From positions 1,504,001 through 1,568,000 of the forward strand of contig CBDFJG010000003.1 in assembly GCA_965248445.1 (NCBI GenBank): a DNA stretch of 64,000 nucleotides, written 5' to 3'. The notes below the pieces were generated by a model, which saw nothing but the letters and a program-made list of their open reading frames with translations, was not told the origin of the DNA and ran no database searches. The position numbers were made by a program, and so were the translations under genes. Of the stretch, positions 59,330 through 64,000 are shown one piece after another (positions within the stretch are counted from its first letter, which is position 1; the number at the start of each line of letters is the position of its first letter). This stretch comes from Planctomycetota bacterium (GTDB lineage: Bacteria > Planctomycetota > JAJSAM01 > JAJVHW01).

Positions 59330-60595
59330 ATGGCGATGGCAGCGGACGAGAGGACGGCGGTCGTTGCGTTCCTCTCCTCGTCCACCGCCATGGCCGGCCT
59401 GCCCGAGCCGGTGCTCGAAGTCGTTGCCGAGAACCTCCGCGTCGAGACGTTCGCCCCTGGCGAGTCGCTGATCGAACAGGGAGCGACCGGCGACTCCGTC
59501 ATGATCCTCGCCGAAGGAAACGCGCAGGTCTCGGTGCGCGACGACGACGGCATCGCGACCGTGCTCGCGATGACCGGACCCGGCACCGTTCTCGGCGAGA
59601 TGGCGCTTCTCACGCAGGAGCCCCGATCCGCCGACGTGATCGCGGTTGCCGACGTTCGAGCGCTGGTCCTCGACGCCGACGACTTCCGCCGCCTGGTCGC
59701 GGAGCACCCTGAGATCGCCGTCGTCCTGACCTATCTGATCGCGGACCGCCTCGGGCACGCGCGCAAGGACGGCCTGCGGGACAAGGTGCTCGGGGGCTAC
59801 CGCATCAAGCAGCGGCTCGGCCGTGGAGCCACCGCGGTCGTCTATCGCGCCGAGCGCGTCACCGACGACGAGACCGTGGCCCTCAAGATGCTCTCCCACC
59901 GGCTGGCATTCGACGACATCGCCATCGCGCGCTTCCACCGCGAGCTCGACATCGTGGAACGGCTGCGACATCCGAACGTGGCACGTGTGCACGGCCGCTT
60001 CGAGGGGTTCGCAACGTACTTCCTCGCGATGGAGTTCGTGAAGGGCCAGGACCTCGACGACGTCCTGAACGAGTACGGCGGCCTCGCCTCCGACATGGTG
60101 CGCGCGCTCGTCGGCCAGGTGGCCGCGGCCCTCTCCCACGTTCACCAGCACGGCGTCGTGCACAAGGACCTGAAGCCCGCGAACGTGATGCTGCACGAGA
60201 ACGGCACAGCGAAGCTGATGGACTTCGGCATCGCGGAACCGCCGCCCAGCGAACGCGCCGCCCTCCAGGGCAGGCAGCTGTTCACGGGCACTCCGCTCTA
60301 CATGGCGCCGGAGCAGTTTCGCGAGCCGGAGGTCGGCCCCACGGTCGACGTGTACGCGCTCGGCTGCTTGACGTTCGAACTGCTGACCGGCACGGCGCCG
60401 TTCGCGGCCGAGGGTTTGGGCGCGCTGGTCATGCAGAAGTCCCGCGGCGAGACTCTCGACCTCGCGGCGCTCTGCCCCAACGTCGATCCGGATCTGCTGG
60501 AGGTGGTGAACACCAGCCTGCTGCCGAACGCCGCCGACCGCACGCTGGATCTCGACGCGATCACGTCGTGGGGTTCGCCGGTCGTCTTCGGCTAG
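59330..60595 (+). CDS. cNMP-binding domain / Ser-Thr protein kinase fusion
   Basis: LIEQG..GEMALL..PRSADV, then LGRGATAVVY, VALK, HKDLKPAN, DFG, GTPLYMAPE, DVYALG. Confidence 0.92.
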   Translation: MAMAADERTAVVAFLSSSTAMAGLPEPVLEVVAENLRVETFAPGESLIEQGATGDSVMILAEGNAQVSVRDDDGIATVLAMTGPGTVLGEMALLTQEPRSADVIAVADVRALVLDADDFRRLVAEHPEIAVVLTYLIADRLGHARKDGLRDKVLGGYRIKQRLGRGATAVVYRAERVTDDETVALKMLSHRLAFDDIAIARFHRELDIVERLRHPNVARVHGRFEGFATYFLAMEFVKGQDLDDVLNEYGGLASDMVRALVGQVAAALSHVHQHGVVHKDLKPANVMLHENGTAKLMDFGIAEPPPSERAALQGRQLFTGTPLYMAPEQFREPEVGPTVDVYALGCLTFELLTGTAPFAAEGLGALVMQKSRGETLDLAALCPNVDPDLLEVVNTSLLPNAADRTLDLDAITSWGSPVVFG

Positions 60596-60952
60596 CCGCG
60601 ACTCAGCCAGACGACCACCGCGATCGCAGCAGCAGCGAACAGTCGAAGGGCGAGTCGACGAGCTTTCATGGTGGCGCACCCGCGAGCGAGGAGCGGCGCA
60701 AGGTTCGAATCGCTGCGCGATCTGCGGGCCGCGAGATTGCGAGTTGCACGGATGGCGCCGGTGTTGCAGCGGAGACCGACGCTCTTGCGTCCAGGTGTGT
60801 GTTGCGTATGGGCGCGACTCCCGAAGCGCGACGCGACAGCCACCCGTGCAAGAGACGGATCGGGATCGGAGCCCTCCCCACTTGAGCCGTCAGTTCTGTC
60901 CGGTCGTCCCCCCGGCGCGGCAGTACTCTTGTGGGGCAGCCAGGAGAGACGC

Positions 60953-63352
60953 ATGTCACCCCACGCGAAGATCAGCCCCCGTCCGGCCGCCCTGCTCGTC
61001 GCTACGCTCCTGGCCGCGTTGGGCCCCGCCTCACTCGCTCACGGCGACGTCGACGTCTCGGTCGGGAACGGCCAGAAGATCACAGGCACGCTCGACCCCG
61101 GCGACGAGACAGAGACCTTCCGCGTAAACATCCCGGCCAGGGCGCGGCTGTCCGTCACCGCGAAGGGGAAGAAGCAGAAGGGCTCGAAGGATGTGCCGCG
61201 GGTCGGCATCGAGGTCTTCGACGAGGAGGGCACAGACGTCGCTGCCGGGGAGATCGCCTCGTCCGGCAGCGGATCGAAGCTGCGAGGACTGACGATCGTG
61301 GTCAGTGGCGAGTACCGGGTGGTGATCGCGGGGAATGGCACGCCGGGCGCCTACAAGGCGAAGATCAAGTGGAAGGCGGCGCGCACCTTCCAGGACACCC
61401 TGCAGCTCGCCCCGGGCGAGCCGCAGGGTGTGACGTTGGACATCGACGCGGGGGCCGTCGTCTCGTTCAAGGCGGCTCCAAGCAAGGGCTCGCCCGTCCA
61501 GGCGCGCCTCGACCGCGCCGACCACGACGGAGGGACCGTCCACACGTTCACGCCGCCGACCGGCGGGGCGTCCTCCCACACCGAGAAGAAGGTCCCGTTC
61601 GACACCTTCGGCCGCCACACGGTGTTCCTGTCCGACGAAACCGGCGCGGGCGGCGGCACGACGTACAAGTTCAAGGTCAAGGCACCGAAGGGCGTCAAGA
61701 CGCCGGTGGACGTGACTGCGAAGTCAATTGCGGTGTCCGATGCGCGAGGCGGCGTCATCGGTCCTATGGGCGGAAGCGTCTCCCTGGACGACGCACCGCC
61801 CGGCTCGTCCCTCGAGCAGCTCGTCGGCGCGGGAATCGAGGTCGAGCCCGGCGCGGTCGGCAAGCCGACGACGTTCGTGTACGGCCGCGGCGCGGACATC
61901 ATCGAGATCCCGGGCGGGGACACGCGCCCAGCGGGACCGGCCGTCGCGTTCGGTCCGGCGGGCCTCTCGTTCGACGCGGACGTGCGCGTGATCCTGCCGT
62001 TCGACGCCTCGCGCTTCGACGATCCCGCCGACGTTCGCGTCGCGGTCCGCGACTCCCGCGGGCGGGTCTCCCTGGTCCCGGCCGCGAACATCACCGTCGA
62101 CCTCGTCTCGGGCATCGTCACCGTGATCGTGGCCCATTTCAGCGAGTACCAGGTTGTGCAGGACCGCGTGCCGCCAGTGCCCGGTGACCTCAACGCCGAC
62201 GGCGTGGGCGACGTGATCTGGAACATCGAGGGCGACAGCGTCCGGGTGTGGTTCGGTGGGAGCGCGAACCTGACGGGGGCGCGCCTCGACGCACCGGAGG
62301 CCCTCTTCACGCTGGCCGGACTCCTCACGCAGTTCGGGGACACCGTGGACACCGGAGACCTGAACGACGACGGCGTCGAGGACCTGGTGGTCGGCGCCTG
62401 GCAGGGCAACGGCTCCGGGCAGGTCTTCGTGTTCTTCGGCGGGCCGTCCTTCGGTGGCACGGGCGACGCGGCGGGCCTGGCCGATGTCGTCCTGACGACG
62501 GCGGACGGCTTCAACTACGGGCGCACGGTCGCCGTCGGCGACATCATCGGCGGCCCAGCCCCGGACCTGCTCGTGAACACCGGCGTGTTCTCGGAATTGC
62601 CACGCATCGTGATCTACGAGGGCGGCGCGAGCTTCGCGCCCGCGAACGCCGAGGACACCGACGTGGAGATCATCGCCAAGGACGTGTTCCAGCCCTTCGC
62701 CGAGTCGTTCCGTGTCGGCGACGTCAGCGGCGACGGCAAGGCCGATCTCGTCATCGGCTCCGCCGTCTCCGGCAGCCCGCCGCTGGACAACAGAGGCGGA
62801 CTGCGTGTGTTCCTCGGCCGAGTGGACTTCACCTCCCGGAGCGAGTCCCAGGCCGACATCAGCATCGACGGCAATGCGAACGACAGCATGGGATCGATCT
62901 CCGCTCTCGCCGACTTCGACAACGACGGTGTGCTCGACATCCTGACGACGGCGCGGCTGGAGGTCTCCGGCCCGCTCGTCAGGGTATACCGCGGCGGCGC
63001 CGCGCTGACGCCGGGCGCCGCACCGTTCGCGCAGATAACGGGCAGCGGGTCCTTTGGGCAGCGCATCGCGTTCGCGGACCTGAACAACGGCGGCCTGGCC
63101 GACGTCCTGGTGGGTGACTTCGGCAGCGTGTTCGCACTTGCCGGAAGCCCCACGCCCGTGTCGACCACGTCCGGTTCCGTCCCGTCACGCGGCACGGGCG
63201 GCGGCTTCATCAGCATCCGTGATGTCACCGGCGACGGCAACCTCGACCTGATCCTGGTCGAGAACTCCGGCATCTCGATCTTCGCCGGCCCGGTCCTCTT
63301 GACCGCGCTCAGCGGGCTGGGCGCCACGTTCCGCATCACGTCGAGCCCGTAG
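60953..63352 (+). CDS. Secreted multidomain protein: beta-sandwich N-terminus, ZU5-like domain, FG-GAP repeats
   Basis: RBS aggag; GPAVAFGPAGLSF..VAHFSEY; GDLNxDGVxDLVVGA repeats. Confidence 0.85.
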   Translation: MSPHAKISPRPAALLVATLLAALGPASLAHGDVDVSVGNGQKITGTLDPGDETETFRVNIPARARLSVTAKGKKQKGSKDVPRVGIEVFDEEGTDVAAGEIASSGSGSKLRGLTIVVSGEYRVVIAGNGTPGAYKAKIKWKAARTFQDTLQLAPGEPQGVTLDIDAGAVVSFKAAPSKGSPVQARLDRADHDGGTVHTFTPPTGGASSHTEKKVPFDTFGRHTVFLSDETGAGGGTTYKFKVKAPKGVKTPVDVTAKSIAVSDARGGVIGPMGGSVSLDDAPPGSSLEQLVGAGIEVEPGAVGKPTTFVYGRGADIIEIPGGDTRPAGPAVAFGPAGLSFDADVRVILPFDASRFDDPADVRVAVRDSRGRVSLVPAANITVDLVSGIVTVIVAHFSEYQVVQDRVPPVPGDLNADGVGDVIWNIEGDSVRVWFGGSANLTGARLDAPEALFTLAGLLTQFGDTVDTGDLNDDGVEDLVVGAWQGNGSGQVFVFFGGPSFGGTGDAAGLADVVLTTADGFNYGRTVAVGDIIGGPAPDLLVNTGVFSELPRIVIYEGGASFAPANAEDTDVEIIAKDVFQPFAESFRVGDVSGDGKADLVIGSAVSGSPPLDNRGGLRVFLGRVDFTSRSESQADISIDGNANDSMGSISALADFDNDGVLDILTTARLEVSGPLVRVYRGGAALTPGAAPFAQITGSGSFGQRIAFADLNNGGLADVLVGDFGSVFALAGSPTPVSTTSGSVPSRGTGGGFISIRDVTGDGNLDLILVENSGISIFAGPVLLTALSGLGATFRITSSP

Positions 63353-63361
63353 CCGACGACG

Positions 63362-64000
63362 CTACGGCTCGAGGACGTCGACGTCCTCGACCCGCACGGT
63401 CTTCAACGCGTCGAGTTCACCGTCGGTGCGCCAGCTGTCCTGGCCAACGGAGCCGTCGTACTTGCTGTTGTGGCCCAACGTGCAGTTCGTCGTCACGAGC
63501 GCATCGTCGTCCTTGCCCAACAGGACCGTGAGCTTCCCGAACGTCGAGTTGGAAATGGTGACCGTGTCGTCCTTGTTGCCGAGGCCGATGGCCGCCTTCC
63601 CAGTGACATCGAGATCGTCGATCATCAGCTCCTGCTCGTGAGAGTTCGACTTCGCAGAGAAATTGCCGGTGACGTCGACGTCGTCGAGGAACAGGTCTAT
63701 GTCGGCACGGAGACTCACGTTCCCGTTGACGGCACAGCGCTCGAACATCACGTTCGAGCTGTTGATCTTCACCCCCAGCGAGAGCGCGCCCAGCGTGCAG
63801 TCGAGTACGGAGTACGTGGTATTGCGCCCGACAGTTCCGGCCTGCGCCCGGACGCTGATCTTCAGGGCCTTCGTGACGGTCGTGTTCGACACGATGACAT
63901 CATTCACCTCGTCCTTCACGCCGACCTTGGCTTTGATCGACTTCGCGACGGTGCAGTCGTCAACGACGAGGCTCGCGAACTGCCGCGCGCGGCCGAGGTC
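63362..64000 (-). CDS. Beta-solenoid repeat protein, 5' end outside the window
   Basis: LGNKDDTVTI..LGKDDDALV..DGSVGQD; same style as 34085-35233. Confidence 0.6.
   Translation of the reverse strand, partial: DLGRARQFASLVVDDCTVAKSIKAKVGVKDEVNDVIVSNTTVTKALKISVRAQAGTVGRNTTYSVLDCTLGALSLGVKINSSNVMFERCAVNGNVSLRADIDLFLDDVDVTGNFSAKSNSHEQELMIDDLDVTGKAAIGLGNKDDTVTISNSTFGKLTVLLGKDDDALVTTNCTLGHNSKYDGSVGQDSWRTDGELDALKTVRVEDVDVLEP

Noticed and set aside
60592..60954. 120-aa minus-strand ORF and N-terminal extension of the 60668 ORF
   Set aside because: No protein-like composition; the FG-GAP gene has a clear RBS and ATG at 60953

Overview
High-GC (about 70% by eye) bacterial window. Its gene families (ECF sigma factor with a long C-terminal extension, DUF1570-like peptidases, thioredoxin/PDZ protein, LRR and FG-GAP secreted proteins) point to Planctomycetota; this is inference. 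The left part holds a short-chain acyl-CoA operon (thiolase, hbd, two acyl-CoA dehydrogenases), pyrK/hxlB, secreted zincin-like proteins and a B12 mutase operon (icmF-mutA-mutB-meaB). The ORF track splits two genes at in-frame TGA codons that sit at redox-Cys positions, so both are probable selenoproteins: a UxxC thioredoxin-like lipoprotein (26585-27061) and a two-Sec UxxUxxC thioredoxin/CxxCH/PDZ protein (35256-36611). About 40-54 kb is an accessory region with gene remnants, a vapBC pair and two apparently identical single-ORF IS66-family elements. These flank an amidase gene and the most striking feature: a ~1.07 kb ORF-poor segment (51571-52640) with a sigma70-like promoter, a helix pairing its 5' and 3' ends, many GNRA/UUCG hairpins, a recurring AACCCYGAGAGG-like motif and a 15-bp terminal hairpin. 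It is a candidate large structured ncRNA that I cannot match to a known class. Several single-base frameshifts in short homopolymers suggest long-read assembly errors. All calls come from reading the sequence; no searches were run.
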